Of a stretch of DNA of 64,000 nucleotides, positions 47,941-63,738 are shown piece by piece. Both the position numbers and the translations under genes were made by a program. Position 1 is the stretch's first letter. Each line of letters starts with the position of its first letter. The notes beneath the pieces were generated by a model, which did not search any database, was not told the origin of the DNA, and saw only the letters and a list, made by a program, of their open reading frames with translations. Origin of the DNA: Vicugna vicugna (lineage: Eukaryota); contig MU058198.1 of NCBI GenBank assembly GCA_013265495.1, positions 7,269,779 through 7,333,778 of the forward strand, read 5' to 3'.

Positions 47941-49625
47941 GTGGTGGATTAGAAATGGTAGTTCTGTTGTGCAGGAGGGTGTAGTAAACCCAGCAGGCTG
48001 ACTGCAAGTCAGGAGACTTGGTACTGAGCCCTGATCTTAGGGAAGACACATGTCCTTTCTGGGTTTGGTCGGCTCCGCCTGGGATCTGAAGGTGTCTCGG
48101 GAGCTGTCTCGAAGAGCGGGTTAGGGGCTGAACAGCTGAGTCCCCATCCTTATTTGAACTGATCTTAAATAGGCTACTTTATCAATTAAGCACCACAGGC
48201 ACCGTGCCCAGGGCCTCCTAGCTTTCACCTACAGACGTGTGGGAGCCAAAGAAAAAATTCAACTCCAAAATAAGGAGATTAAATTGTATAATTGAAATAA
48301 ATGTTGAAGTAAATGTCTACAAATATCGTATCACGTCACGCAGTCAAATGCAGTTCTTTCAACATTTAGCATTACATATATGAACTATATTAAATGTGGG
48401 AGTCAGAGTATTTTAATATTTGAAATTATGTGTGGTTGGGTGTCTGCACAAAAATGTGCATAAAGCTTACAGAGGTCCTTAAGAGATCATGAGATTTCTT
48501 TTGAAAAATAATGTTCTACACCCAAAATAATTAAAACTTTGAAAGCCACTAAATACACCAAACTGTACTGAACTACATGATCTTCAGGGCCCCTTTCTGG
48601 AGTTTGCAGATCATGAGAAGCTGGACTGAAATGTACTTAGAGAGGTTATTTGCTCTTGACAAGTTAAAGGCCCTGTTGATGGATGTGGGGCCAGGGGTGA
48701 TGTCAGGATCCTGAGGCCCAAGAGGCCTTATGGAGCGATGACTCCCCACCCACCCTGTGTGGCCCAGCTGCTGGGGGCAGGCGGAGCCAGGCGTACACGT
48801 GGTGTGAATGTCTCCTCCACAGGGCACCGTCCGGCCCTTAAGATGTGTTCAAGAAGTGCCCTGCACCTGGGTAATTTCCCTGAAGTGTGGCCTATCTTCC
48901 TCAGCTAAGGTCACGATTGGCCACACCCCAGAACCCCCCGACTCACTGATGGCACCAACTCCCCATCATTTCCTGAGAAGCCAAGTGTTGGGAGGGCTGA
49001 GGCTCAGATGGGAACGGAGAGTAGGATAAAGATGGGGTGGGAACAAGGTATCCTAAAAAGGAGGTGGGGCTGTGACACATCAGGGCCAGGCTGGGGAGAG
49101 GGTCTTAAGGACTGAAGTTGTCCAGTCTTCACACTAGGTCTGGTAGGTCCCTACCATGGGTGGGGTTGAAACTGCAGACACTCCCTGTAATTCTGGTCAG
49201 TCGGAGTGTGCGCAGAGGGGTGGCTCAAGGTTCCAACTGGGGGACCAAGGGGGACAGCATAGCTGGGTGCTGGAAGCCAGGGAGAGCTGGAACACAGGCT
49301 CCAGGCCTGGAGATGAGAATCAGGGTCTGTTTTCTGGCCCAAGGACAGACTCTTGCATTTGGGAACAGGGATCTCCACAAAGTTGAGGGCCTTCTCACAG
49401 CTGCACTAAACCCTCTGTGCCGCATCCAAAGCATGGCACATGAACTTGAACAGATGTAGGCAAATCGTGTCTCCCGAGCCTCAGAGTCTAAGATTCCAAT
49501 GAAACATTGAATAAAAAAACACTTGCCAGACAAGGCCTGGCTAGAATTATGATCCAGCGTCTCCACTGCCCAGGGTACTAGCCATGCACACACTTTAAGG
49601 ACAAGTCTCTTACCACATAAAGGTT

Positions 49626-49631
49626 TTTATT
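49626..49631 (-). terminator. ZNF768 polyadenylation signal
   Basis: TTTATT on + (AATAAA on -), ~510 nt downstream of the ZNF768 stop. Confidence 0.65.
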
Positions 49632-50143
49632 GAACTCAAATTCACGGGCTCCAAAGCCTGAGGAAGACAAGGGAGGCTGGGGTTTGCACTCAGAAGACAG
49701 GCCCCACTTTGGGGCTCCATTCCCTGCCCCACCTACCCTCACCCCTTCCTGACTCAACGAGGGTCTCAGTAGCTACCAGTCTAAGCTACCCACTCTAATT
49801 AAGTAACCCGACCCCTCCCTCCCCCCACCCCCACCTAGCACATTGCCAAGCCAGGCATCCAGCAAGGGGCATGCTGCTGCTAAGGCCAGCTCTCTGCTGA
49901 CCTTTTCTGGATCTCTCCCAGAGCCTCCGGCTGCCAGCTTGGCCTCCCTCCAACCCCTCTTCATAGCCCATTTCCCATAAGTCTCCAGGGCATGTCACTT
50001 CCTCCACCCTGGCCCCCTCTTCTCCTAGAATCCTCAATTCCTTTCTCCTCCAACGTTTCCATTATTCTTTCTCAGGGTTTCTCTAGCTCCCAGTCCCCTT
50101 CTCTTCCGCCCACCACCTCCCCCACCCCTGACAGGGCCCCAGG

Positions 50144-52079
50144 TCAGCGGCGGCCAGCCGCATGGGTCCGCTGGTGGCGGATGAGGTCAGAGCTCTGAGA
50201 GAAGGCCTTTCCACAGTCATCGCACTTGTAAGGCCGCTCGCCGCTGTGGACCCGGTGATGCTGCAGCAGCGTGGAAGAGCGGCAGAAGCCCTTGCCGCAC
50301 ACAGCACACCTGTAGGGCCGCTCGCCGGTGTGGGAGCGCTGGTGCTGAATCAGCGTGGAGGAGCGATTGAAGGTCTTGCCGCAGTCGGGGCAGCTGTAGG
50401 TGCGGCCTGGCAGGTGGGTGCGGGCATGGATGGCCAGCACCGAGCTCTGGCCAAAGCGCTTGCCGCACTCGGGGCACTTGAAGGGCTTCTCGCGGGCATG
50501 GCTGCGGGCATGGGGGATAAGTGCCGAGCGCTGGGAGAAGCTCTTGCCACAGATGCCACAGCTGAAGGGCCTTTGCCCAGTGTGCACCCGCTGGTGACTA
50601 CGCAGGGATGAGTTCTGGCTGTAGCACTTGCCACATTCAGGGCAGCTGTAGGGCCGCTCATGGCTGTGCGTGCGTTGGTGCCGCAGGAGGTAGGAGCTGT
50701 CGCCGAAGGCCTTGCCGCAGTGCGGGCACTTGTAGGGCTTCTGACCAGAGTGGGTGCGCTGGTGGCGAAGCAGGTAAGAGCTGTCAGCGAAGGCCTTGCC
50801 GCAACGGGGACACTTGTAGGGCCGCTCGCCCGTGTGGGTGCGCTGGTGTTTGATGAGGTCAGAGCTCTGGGAGAAGGCCTTGCTGCAGACCTCACATTTA
50901 TAGGGCTTTTCACCCGTGTGGATGCGCTGGTGCTGGATCAGGGTGGAGCCCCGCCCAAAGCTCTTCCCACAGATGCCACAGATGTTAGGCCGTGGACCCT
51001 GCCCACCCCTGGCCCGGCCACCCCGTCGGCCTGGACCACGAAGGGTCCCTGTCAGGCCCAGGGGATTCTGGAGCATCTCAAACTGGGGTGTAGTCAGCAG
51101 GGCCCCTGTGGGCATCTCAAAAGGTGGCCCTAGGGGCAGGCCCTCCGTGGGTTGCTCCCCAAACCCCTGGGTGAAGGAGTCCAACGGATGGACTCCCAGG
51201 GGGATGCTCAACGGATTCTTTTCCTCAGGATTCAGAAGCATCTCTGCACCTTCCTGGAATTTGGAACTTTGAGCTTCAAATTCAGGGTTTTGGGTTTTGA
51301 ACTCAGGATTCTGGGGTTCAAATCCAGGGCTCTGGGATTCATACCTGGAGCTTTGAGATTCATATCCAGGGCTCTTGGGTTCATACCCAGGGCTTTTGGG
51401 TTCATACCCAGGGCTTTGGGGCTCATACCTAGGGCTTTGGGGTTCAAACTCAGGACTTTGAGAATCTGATTCAGGGCTTCTGGGTGCAAATTCAGGGCTT
51501 GGGGGCACAAACCCAGGGCTTCGGGACTCAAAACCTGGGCTTTCAGGCTCAAACCTGGGGCTTTGGGGTTCAAACTCTGGGCTTTGGGGTTCAAACCCAG
51601 GGCTCTGGGGTTCGAGGCCAAAAGGTATCTCTTCGACCTCATAGTCCCCAGAGTCTTCTTGCTGAGAAATTTCCTCTTCCTCTTTCTCACTCATGTTGCC
51701 TGCAGGATCAGAGAATTACAGAAAACCCAGATTTGTGTGGTACCTGGAAGGTCATTGGGTTCCCCCACCATTAGGTGACACAAATCTTTCCCTCCTCCTC
51801 AAGCAGGGTCGCTGGCCCTCGGACAAGTGCTGAAATTCCCACCTCCCCCTCAGCAAACCCAGGACACCAGGTCTCCGCCCCCGCCTCCGTCAAGACCCAG
51901 GTGTCCAAGCCCCCGGCTCTTCCCCTCCCACCACTACAGCCCCCGCTCCCACTCCCAGGCACACTCCGAGGAGAAGCGCTCCGTGCCTCACCTCTGAGGG
52001 ACCCTTCGGGGCTCCCCATTTCGTCAGGACTTTGCACATCCCGGGGCTCGAGGCACCACGGCGACGCCTCCCGTTCCAT
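50144..52079 (-). CDS. ZNF768: Zinc finger protein 768 (CTD-like heptad repeats + 10 C2H2 fingers), 547 aa
   Basis: Exon 1 52079-51992 ([29 protein letters not shown], donor GTGAG). Exon 2 51699-50144 (acceptor CTGCAG). About 17 heptads of type (F/Y)EPQSP(G/E/R), then 10 C2H2 fingers ending [10 protein letters not shown]. Convergent with ITGAL as in human. Confidence 0.97.
51260..51616 (-). repeat. 21-bp coding tandem repeat encoding ZNF768 heptads
   Basis: 17 consecutive heptads from LEPQSPG to FEAQSSK. On the + strand they appear as recurring gggctttggggttcaaac-like units. Confidence 0.9.
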
Positions 52080-53260
52080 CCCCGCCGGCTCCCAGTGCGC
52101 CGGCGGCGGCGATGGCGGACGATCCTGCGACCCGGCCTGAGCGCCCTGAGACCCGGGCCCTCGCCGCTCGCCCACTCAGCGCCGCCCAGGGGACCCGGCT
52201 GCCCAGCCCCGGCCCCAGAGGCCGGACGTCTTGACCCTGGGCCTCTCCAGCCCGCCGGGCCCCTCCCCTACCCGCGGCCCCGCCCCCACCCACAAGGTCT
52301 CTGGTTGCCCTGGGGTCCTCGCAGGCCCCCACGTGTCGTAGCCTCGGAGATGAGGGGCTTCACGACTTGCCTTGGCGCCCCCGGATACCGCTCCCCGCCC
52401 GAGACCCCGTCGTCTGGCCCCCCAGCCCCAGGCTGGGCTGCGGCTGGCCGACCCCTCCCCTCCACACAGGAAGTGTCCGTCCGCGGCCAGTTTCCCCCGC
52501 TGGCTAGCGCCGCGGCCTCTCTAGGAGCGGCTGGAGGTGGAAACTCGTTGGCATTAACCCTGGGCTGGATGGCCCTGGCGTCGAGGTAGGGGAGGACGAG
52601 GCGCCCTGGAGCCGGCGGGAGAGGCTGGGGCAGTTTGTGTGCCTATGTCCTAGGTCTCCGTCCGCCCGGGGGCCTATCTCTCCGTCTCCCGGGCCCTGCG
52701 TCCGTCAGTGCCTGTGGCCAAGGGCGAGGCAACAAGAGAGACCAAGGTCAGCGAGAAGGAGCGACGCTTCCCGGCGCCAGCGGGGGCGGTGTCTAGCTCT
52801 CCTCCCCTCCAGGGCCTTGGTGTCAGCTCTGGCTGCGCCTCGGCAACCTGGACGGACCCCACCCCCAACGTGGGCTCATCGAGTCTCCTGAGTCCGAGGC
52901 CCCCCTCCTCCAACTCCACTCCCCTACACCGGCGCGCCCACCCCAACTCCTCCTGGCCCCCTCCCCTCGCTGCTTCTCCTAATCTCCACCCTTCCCCCCT
53001 AGGGGAGGGCTAGGATCGTTGCCAAGGAAACAGCCCCGCCTCTGGTTTCCAGAGGCACCGCCCCTGCCCGCAGGGAGCTCAGCGATTGGTCGGTGGAGCT
53101 CGTGCTCTCACCGTCCCGCCTCCTCCCACTACACCAACTGCTAGGCGTTAACAGTCGCCAGGGAACGCGAAGCACCTTTCTGATTGGTTGCAGGCTTCTC
53201 AGGCCGGTTCCACCTCCACCGTGCTCCAGAAGTGCCTGCGGGAGGAGTGGGAGGCGGGGG
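51950..53260. promoter_or_regulatory. CpG-island promoter region of ZNF768 with ETS, RFX X-box, CCAAT and GC boxes
   Basis: Dense CpG. CAGGAAGTG ~52467. X-box GTTGCCAAGGAAAC 53018-53031 and GTCGCCAGGGAAC 53154-53166. ATTGG at 53085 and 53183. CCCCGCC boxes. Confidence 0.75.
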
Positions 53261-54084
53261 TCCCTGGCATTTCCCTTCTAGTTGGGCCTGTGCTTTCAGA
53301 CCTTTTCCCGCCCCCATTTACCCTTCATTGTGTTTTATCTTTCTGAAGAATGAAAGCCAAAGGATCTGAGGACAGACACCCTTTTCCCTCTGTCTCTCCC
53401 CACACTCTCCTTCCCAGCACTTCCCTTCTTACCACAGGTTCCATGTGCGGAAGGGGCCACTAGAGGGGATCCTGCCCCAGAGAGAAGGCTGCTTCCTTTT
53501 CTGTTACCCCGCCGTCCCCAAAGCCTGAATTTAACTCAATCCCATGGAGCCTTAGTCCCTGGTTCCTGGATTTTCTCACCGGGAGGCGAATATCCTGTCG
53601 GAATTCCTTCAGGTGAGGGTAATAAGAGTTCAGGAGGGGAAGTGGACAGAGAGAGAACCATCTGGACTTAAAGGCTAAAAACTCTCCAGTCCTGTCTGAC
53701 TTGGATAGAGGCTTGTAGAGGAAGGGAACCTGAGAAGCACTGCTGTAGGTGCAGCTTTAAATCAGGGAAAAAGTGACCCTGGAAAGACGATTTAATAGGA
53801 TCCAATTCTTGTCCTTTTTCTACACTTGCTGCTGAAACTAGTTGGTAGTGTTCCTGACAATGTGCCAAATTCTCCCTGTGGGAGTTGATGCAAGAGCCAT
53901 AGATTGTGTTTTCCTGTTGCCTTCCCAGAAAAATGAAGGGAGGAAACTGCTTAGGAGGAAAGATGACATCTTCCATTCTCCTGAAAAGAGGTGAGAGCAA
54001 GCATTTGGAGAATTCCAAGTGGTAAAAGGCTGGAGAGAAGCAATCTTAGTAGAGGCTTACCAATAGACTCACAGACAAATATCT

Positions 54085-54790
54085 TCATACGAAAAGTGCA
54101 CTGACTACGGGAAGAGCTGCACCTGGAGTCCCCCGCATCCCCAAAGTACACAAATGAGAGACAGACGTCTCCTTCATGAGACACTTTTCTCTGACTTCCA
54201 ACCTACTTACCCACCAGAGAATTCACACAGGAGAGTAGCTGTCACCTGCAAAGTGTGTGGCAAGCCCTCCAGCCCCAGCTGTAACATGGTCTGCTGCCTG
54301 CACTCTTCATAGTATGGGCCACAAGCCCCACGTGGAGCATTAAGTTGGGCCATGGCTTCAGTCTGCTCTGGCACTAGTATTTCCATGTGGAAATTCAGTC
54401 TTCGTGTCTAGAGGAAAAGAGTAGCCAACTTTCAGGCAGCCTCCTCCAACACCAGTCCTCTCTATACAGTTGGCTTTCGAGAGGCAGCCAGCCTCTGCCT
54501 GCCACATATCCATAGCAGTGACAGACTCAAAGTACAAGGAAGCCTCTGATGAGAGCTCGAACCTGACCCAGTGTGTGTCCTGAGAGGCAGCCACTTTATT
54601 CACAGCTTCATCCCCTGGTGTGCAGCAGCACTGGGGCAGATTCAATGTGCAGCCAAGGTTTATGGTCTGGTCAACTTGGCCCACACTTGAGAGAGAGCCC
54701 TAACAAAGGTTCTCAGTGTGAGAGGGGCTCCTGTGTGAACTGCTTCCTCCCTGTATGCAAAGGATAAGCCCTCTAAGAGGCCTTCTGTCA
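54085..54790 (+). pseudogene. Decayed C2H2 zinc-finger array (fossil ZNF gene)
   Basis: 54185-54238 reads [21 protein letters not shown]. Neighbouring frame-shifted remnants include KCTDYGKSCTWS, CKVCGKP, GHKPH, EASDESSNLTQ and ESPNKGSQCERGS. Confidence 0.75.
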
Positions 54791-55018
54791 GATGCCATGA
54801 GAGCTGCCCCTGTATATTCAAGAAGATTTGAGGTACCCAGGAAGAGACCAGCTATGACACAGGCCCCTTTAGGAAGAACAAAGGAAAGGGGAATCTTTGT
54901 GTATAGTGAGGTCATCAGCTGGCCTGACACACTTGGAACATGCCTTGAGACCAATCCCTACTCTTGCAAAGCAAAGGGTAGCTAGAAAATAACATTCTTT
55001 TTGTTGTTGTTGTTCAGA

Positions 55019-55172
55019 GCAGTGGTTCTCTCAGACTTTAGCAGGCATAAGATTACAACCCTGGTGAATCTGATTCAATAGGTGAGGGACAGGGCCCAGA
55101 GAGATAGCTGCACTTTGAAGAGATACTGCACGTGATTCTGTGACAGAAAAGTCTTACATGGAAAAACACTGG
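55019..55172. mobile_element. MER5A-like hAT MITE
   Basis: CAGTGGTTCTC...AAAAACACTG termini with internal TCTGATTCAATAGGT...GGGCCCAG. Confidence 0.6.
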
Positions 55173-57916
55173 CCTAGAGCAGGTTTTATCTTCTGAGTCA
55201 TAAACATCTTTGCACATCCTGTTCCTAGAAAGATACACATGAACAAATATTCCAAAAAAACTTAGGGGTTTTTGGAGCTCAAATCAATACTTATCCTTTA
55301 CATAGCTTGGACAAACTAGGGATGGGCCACGTGGTCATGTCCTTGACCTCTTACTCTGGCCATGTAGATAGGGTTCATGTTTTCACTGGTGTAGACAAGT
55401 GTTTCTCCTAATACACCAGGGAAGCCCTAGGGAAAGCCTCTTTCTAGCTTAAATTGCTTCAGGATCTGAGCCTCAGAGACCTGTGATAGTGGAGAGAAAG
55501 ATGAGCCCCACCTTTGGGGCCCTTCCACTCCCATCCATGCCAAGGAGTGAGGAGGTAATAAGGGGCTTATGCTGAGGCTTAAGCGTTCATGACACTCAAA
55601 AATTAAGTGGTGGAAAGTTGGGTCAGCAGGGCAGGAAGCAGAGGAGTTGGGTCAGGTTTGGGGGCCCTAAGTAAGCTTTGCAAACTTCAAAGCACTCAGA
55701 GAAAGTAACAATTATACCTTTAATTGGCAAGCTCAGGGCAGGGTCCAGATCTGGCTTTGAGTTTGAGCTGAGAACTGGTATTGCAGGCTGCCTTCCCCAG
55801 GCAGTGCTGAGGGACAGGGGAAGGATGGGTTGTACACTGACTTCTCTAGGGGATTAAGAACTGGTTCAAAGGTAGCTTCCAAGGTGCTTATTCACATCCC
55901 CATGTCCCCCTTGGAACAGGTGGCACGTGAGCCAATCCTCCCAGTGAAGTTTAGGCTGAGAGGTCTTGATAGGGTTAGATTTGAAGATTAGATTGGAATC
56001 AAGTCAGTTCATCTCTTTACCTGAACAGTGTCTCTTCCTCAAATTTTCTACCTTTTCCTTTACAAGCTTCTCCAGGTTGATAAATCTGATTTCTTCCTAA
56101 GGCCAGACACAGGGCTGAGTTGTCAAAAGGCAAGTGCACACAGGCCACCAAGGACTCAAGCCCTTGTTGCTCCTCCTTGAGGCGAAGGGTCACCCCGATC
56201 AGAGGCAGGAAAGGGTCTGCCCATGGTTGGCTGTTTCCGTCACCTGGACAAAGCTGGACTCTGACCACAAAGGAATTAGTGGTAGATGGATAATGGAGTC
56301 ATAGGGTGATGGGAGAGGATTCTGTGTAGAGCTTGGGAATATAGATGAGTGCAGTTCCCTCTGGCTACTAACCCCAAGTGTTCCTGGCCTGGTCCCCTTT
56401 GTGATGGAGGTACCTAAAGAGAGGGAAGATGCAAGCTTTGCTTTTGTTGGCCCTGGAGCTCTCATCTCAGGCTGGTTTCTCCCTGGCCTTGGTCTGCTCT
56501 GTGGCTGTTTGGTCACTCATCTTGTATCTGGGCTTCACTGACATTGGGCTGCTCTGTCCCTAGTCCAGGTCAATGCCTGTGTGTCATCACAGGGTGTGGG
56601 CAGATCCCTCCAGAACCCTGGCGGATACACTGGCAAGGAATTCAGGAGTGGTCTGGTAAAGACAGCAGGAAACCAGGAACCCTAGAGTTGCCCTCTGTGT
56701 GTGACCTTGGACAGGTTGATTAGCCTTCCCCAGTCTCAGTGTCCCCAACTGCAAAAGGATGGAAAAGCTAAGATCTCTTCCAATTCAAAAATGTGATGAG
56801 GCCCTACTGGCTGGGCCTAGAGTGGCAAAGCCTGAACCACTGAGCTCTCCCTGGGAGGCCCAAGGATTAGAGGGCACTCTCAGGCCCTTCCCCTTCAAAA
56901 CAGGAACTGCAGGTCAGTTCTGGCATGTGAGACACCACTCTGTTTGGGGCAGAAGTTTCAGTCCTGACTGCCTCTTCCTGATGGACTCTCCTCTCCAAGC
57001 AAGATCCTTCCTTCTGTAGGAAGCTATGAGGGTGAAATGAGTTGATGGACAAGACAGTACTTTATAAACCACAAAATGCAATACAAGCCGAGGTCTAACA
57101 TAAAGCCTGCTTTTCCTTCTCTCCTGCCACCCTTTCACACTTATGCTGTCTCCGTGAATCCCTGATTCAGAAATAGTAGAATGCAGTAGACTACAGTTTG
57201 TAAACTCAAATGACTACAGGAGCCCAACAGGTCATGTAGATGAGCAGAAAATGCCAGACAGAGAGGGCCTGCTTTGCCAGAGACGTGGCCAAGCCATGAC
57301 AAATGCCACCTAACACTGGTAAGAGGTGATAAGTGACAGGCGTGCTGACCTGGAGAACCTGGGCTCCATCCAAAGGGACAACTGCCCCTCAGCTGTCACC
57401 CATTGTGGTTCTGTGAAAGGCCAGAAACCTAGCGTTTTGTGTGAAATATCCTGACTTTTAAACCTTAAACAATAATTTGTCACATTGTTAAACACTAGCT
57501 GGGCCAGAAAAATATTTCAAAAGTCTGTCATGGGCCGGGTTCATTACATGGCCACCAGTTTCTAAATTCTGCAGTAAAGCCAAGGGGTGTAACAAAACTC
57601 TCCACCTCAGTCCTCTTATGTCTAAGCTGAGAAACAGCCTTTTCTTATCCACAGTGGAAGTCTAGTGAGGTAAGTTTTCACACCAGCCCTAACTCAACAA
57701 AGGGGCTTCTGGAGTCTGGAACAGAAGGGAATAAGGTATCAGCAGATCAAGCTGGTGAGGGCCTAAGATGAGATGGTCCTCAGGCCCGAGGTCCAGCTCT
57801 TGCTGGGAATTCTGTGCCCTTCCTGGAGCTGTCACAGAGTTTTGGGCCCCTGAGGCCACCTTGGGCCTCAGGCAATGTCTTGATCTTCACCCTTTGACTC
57901 CTCACCTTTGAGGCCA

Positions 57917-60700
<2,784 letters not shown>

Positions 60701-61676
60701 AGCAGGCTTTGCCCAATGTTGAGAGTTTTAAAAAAAAATGGAGCGGGTAAAAGAATCTTCTCTATTGGAAGCTAGGTCGAGCCTGAAATTCTAGGAGCTT
60801 CTGTTTCAGGAGATCGCAGAGGCAGCTGAAGGAGAGTAGGGAAAGGCCTGAGAAAAGTAAAAACGACCCTCTTTCTGCAATCTTACCCTCCCGCTACAAG
60901 CCCTACAGGATGCCTCCCGAGCATCTGTTTACCTGTAGCTCAAATCTGGCTCCTGAGCTCCTGATCACAGGGCCACCTGCCACCTTGACCCTGTGTAGAT
61001 GTCCCACAAGCACCTCTGAGTGGCTCAAACTGAACGCATTCCTTTCTTCCCCTCAACCGCTCCTCCTGGAGTCTTTATCTCAGCAAATGGCACTAACTCT
61101 CTCCATCATTTCTACCTTCAAACCCTCTGTCTCACAGGACATATTTATTGACTGCCTACCCTGTGCTCCCCACATGCCTTCATACATAAGTCCCTTGCTC
61201 TAAGAAGGCTCGATATTTTTCCTTTGCCCAGCTAAATCAGTCACAGCATTTCACACTTCATGGAAGTGCACTTCATCTCTTCAGCAGGTCTGGGGTCTAG
61301 TCTGGAGCTTTTGTCTGTTTTCCTCTTTCCACAAGCCTCCCTCAGGCTTCCTCCTGACACCTTGTATCTGGTGGAAGCTTCTCCCCAGGGGAGCTGGACA
61401 AGTAAAGAGCTGATCACAGCAGAAAGAGGGGAGGGAAGACAAAAACTTGGGAGGGGTGAGGAGACGGTAAGGACACAGAGTTGCCCCAGAGCTTGACCCC
61501 AGCCCTCGTTCTGCTAGCCTCTTAGGCCCCTGAAGGACACAAGAAAATTTCCATTAAGAGTGATTTTTTTTTGACACAACATTGTAAAATGATTATAAAT
61601 AAATAAAAAAATTTTTTAAAAAAAGAGTGATGGTTTTTTGTCACCTGTCAGTACCCATCCCCCAAGGTGGTGCCTC

Positions 61677-63738
61677 TCACACACAGGCCTGGAAGAGTTC
61701 TGAGTAATGCTAAAAGCTCACAGGAGAGTCTGGAACCTCCTGGGGAAGAAGCCAGGGCAGAGTCTGCACCCCTGGGTCAGCCCCTGAGGGCCATGGTACC
61801 AGGCTGGTGGGTCTACTGGTGGCCTCTGGTTGAAGCACCTCCCACTGTAAGGACAGTAGAAAGAATGCTTGTCTGTGTGAGTCAGCAAGTAGCATGAGAG
61901 GTACTGCACTGGCTGCAAGTAAAGATTCCCTCCCCAGAGTGCACTAGGCCAAGGTGAAGGTGAAGGTAAACCATGACTGCACTCAGGCTGGAGATGAGGG
62001 TACTGCATGAGTGCCAGGTGCTGAGGCGGGGCGCAGACTGAGGGCCTGGGAATGTCCTGGCAACAGGAAATGTTGGCCACAGACTCAAAGACCAGGTCAG
62101 TGTGTCTGATCCCAGGGGCTCATGATAACTCCCAGACTCCTTCGCTTCCAAATGTATCATCTTCCCAAGGGGTTGTTGGGAAACACAGCAGATTCAAACC
62201 TTGCGTTTTTTCCTGTTAACTCGCCAAGGCCTATTCATGTTCACTACGGCAGACAAATTTAGATGGGTACCGAACTCCTGGAAGCCCCCTTCTGGACTGT
62301 GTTGGCCAACTGAAGGGCTCAAAAGTCAAGTACATTCCCACCCACTCCAGGGCCAACCAGAGGAGATACTCTCAACCAGAGGAGCAGCTGTTACAGTGAC
62401 CAGGGAACCTGGAAGACAGAAAGGTGAACTGCTTTCATCCTAAACTTGAGTTTGCACATTGCTACTGACCTAGACTTTGGATGATTCATACAGTGTGACC
62501 TGATCATGGGACTACTTGGATGCCTCAGAGCCAATTAAGTGAGAAAGAGAAGGTCAAGATTCCAATCTCTAGTGGGTGTCATAAATTCAGGTTGGCAGAA
62601 ATTAGTAACACCAGCAGTAAAGAACACATAGATGATGCTGCTTGCTCAGCAAATGTTTTCCCTTCCAGCTGGAACTGGGACGTTGCTTCCACTTACAGCT
62701 TTCTCTCAAGTTTCCTCCTGCTGGGGATCCTGAACATCTGTACCCTACAGCTGCGTCTCCTGCTCCACCCATTTGATGAGGGCTGGTTTGGGGTCTGGCA
62801 GTCCTGGGAAAGAACTATAATCACTCAAAAAACATTTCTTAAAACTTCCTATGTATTCATTTAATGAAAATGTACTGGGCACCTCTGGTGTGCCAGGCAT
62901 TGTTCTATATGTTCTGGGTATGGAGACACTGGTGAACCAAGATAAGATTCATGCTCTAAGTTTACACTAAGAGAGAGAGATACCAGGTAGGAGCTCTGCT
63001 GGCACAGGTGTGGAAAGGCCCTTTGGGCAGACTGTGCTCAGGAATAGAGAGATGGACAAAGAGCTGCAATTCAGAGACTTCTAGCACGGAGCATAGGAGC
63101 TCCGGAAGGAATTTCTTGAAGATGGCATTTCAAAAGGGCATTGAAGGATGTTAGATCTGGAGATCAGTATATAACAGAGCAGAACAGAAAGAACAAAGGC
63201 TCATTAAGCTAGAAGCAAGCTCAAAGAGCAAAGATTCTACTTAGCTGGAGCCAATGAGATGCTACTGTCCTTACAGTGGGAGGTGCTTGCCTGTAGAGAA
63301 AGATCTGGTCATAATTGGAGGTTAGTGTGCCACGGGTCTTGAAGGCCTGTACGGGTTCTGAACTTTTTGCAGGAAGTCCCAGGTAGCCAATGGAGGAATC
63401 TGCCCAGGGAAGCTCAGTAATGAATTTCAGTTAGGCTGATACGGCGAGCATCCAGGGAAAGAGAGCCATCCTGGGGCAGAAGTGGGGACAAATCAGGGAC
63501 CTGGCTCTGCTGATCCCACCCACCTTCTTCCCTTTTAAGAGATTCAAGACGCTGGACCTCACCGAGCGCGCTCAGGTGGAGATATGTCACCGCAAACAAC
63601 CCCCCACCCCGACTCCTTGGGGAAGAAATATATGGCCACATTCACCTCCCCGCCCCCCTCAGCCTTTTGCCCTTCCTCCTTCCCGCCAGGCCTTCACCCG
63701 CACCTCCGCTGGCAGCCCAGAGCAGGGGGCGGAATTAT
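61677..63738 (-). pseudogene. Unprocessed 3-exon KRAB-ZNF pseudogene of the ZNF764/688/785 subfamily
   Basis: KRAB-A remnant 63738-63563 (VNVAIYFFPKE then frameshift to VTYLHLSALG|gtgag). KRAB-B remnant 62803-62690 (GLPDPKPALIKWVEQETQL*GTDVQDPQQEET*). Last exon from ~62408 with broken fingers (VHSGEGIFTCSQC, LLTHTDKHSFYCPYSGRCFNQR) ending PVSF*HYSELFQACV-stop. Confidence 0.85.

Noticed and set aside
51260..51616. CRISPR-like or non-coding repeat array
   Set aside because: Contiguous 21-bp units with no spacers that encode the ZNF768 heptads.
50162..51774. Long + strand and alternate-frame ORFs over ZNF768 (likewise 58133-58918 over the ZNF764-like gene)
   Set aside because: Shadow ORFs of GC-rich, repetitive coding sequence with no independent features.
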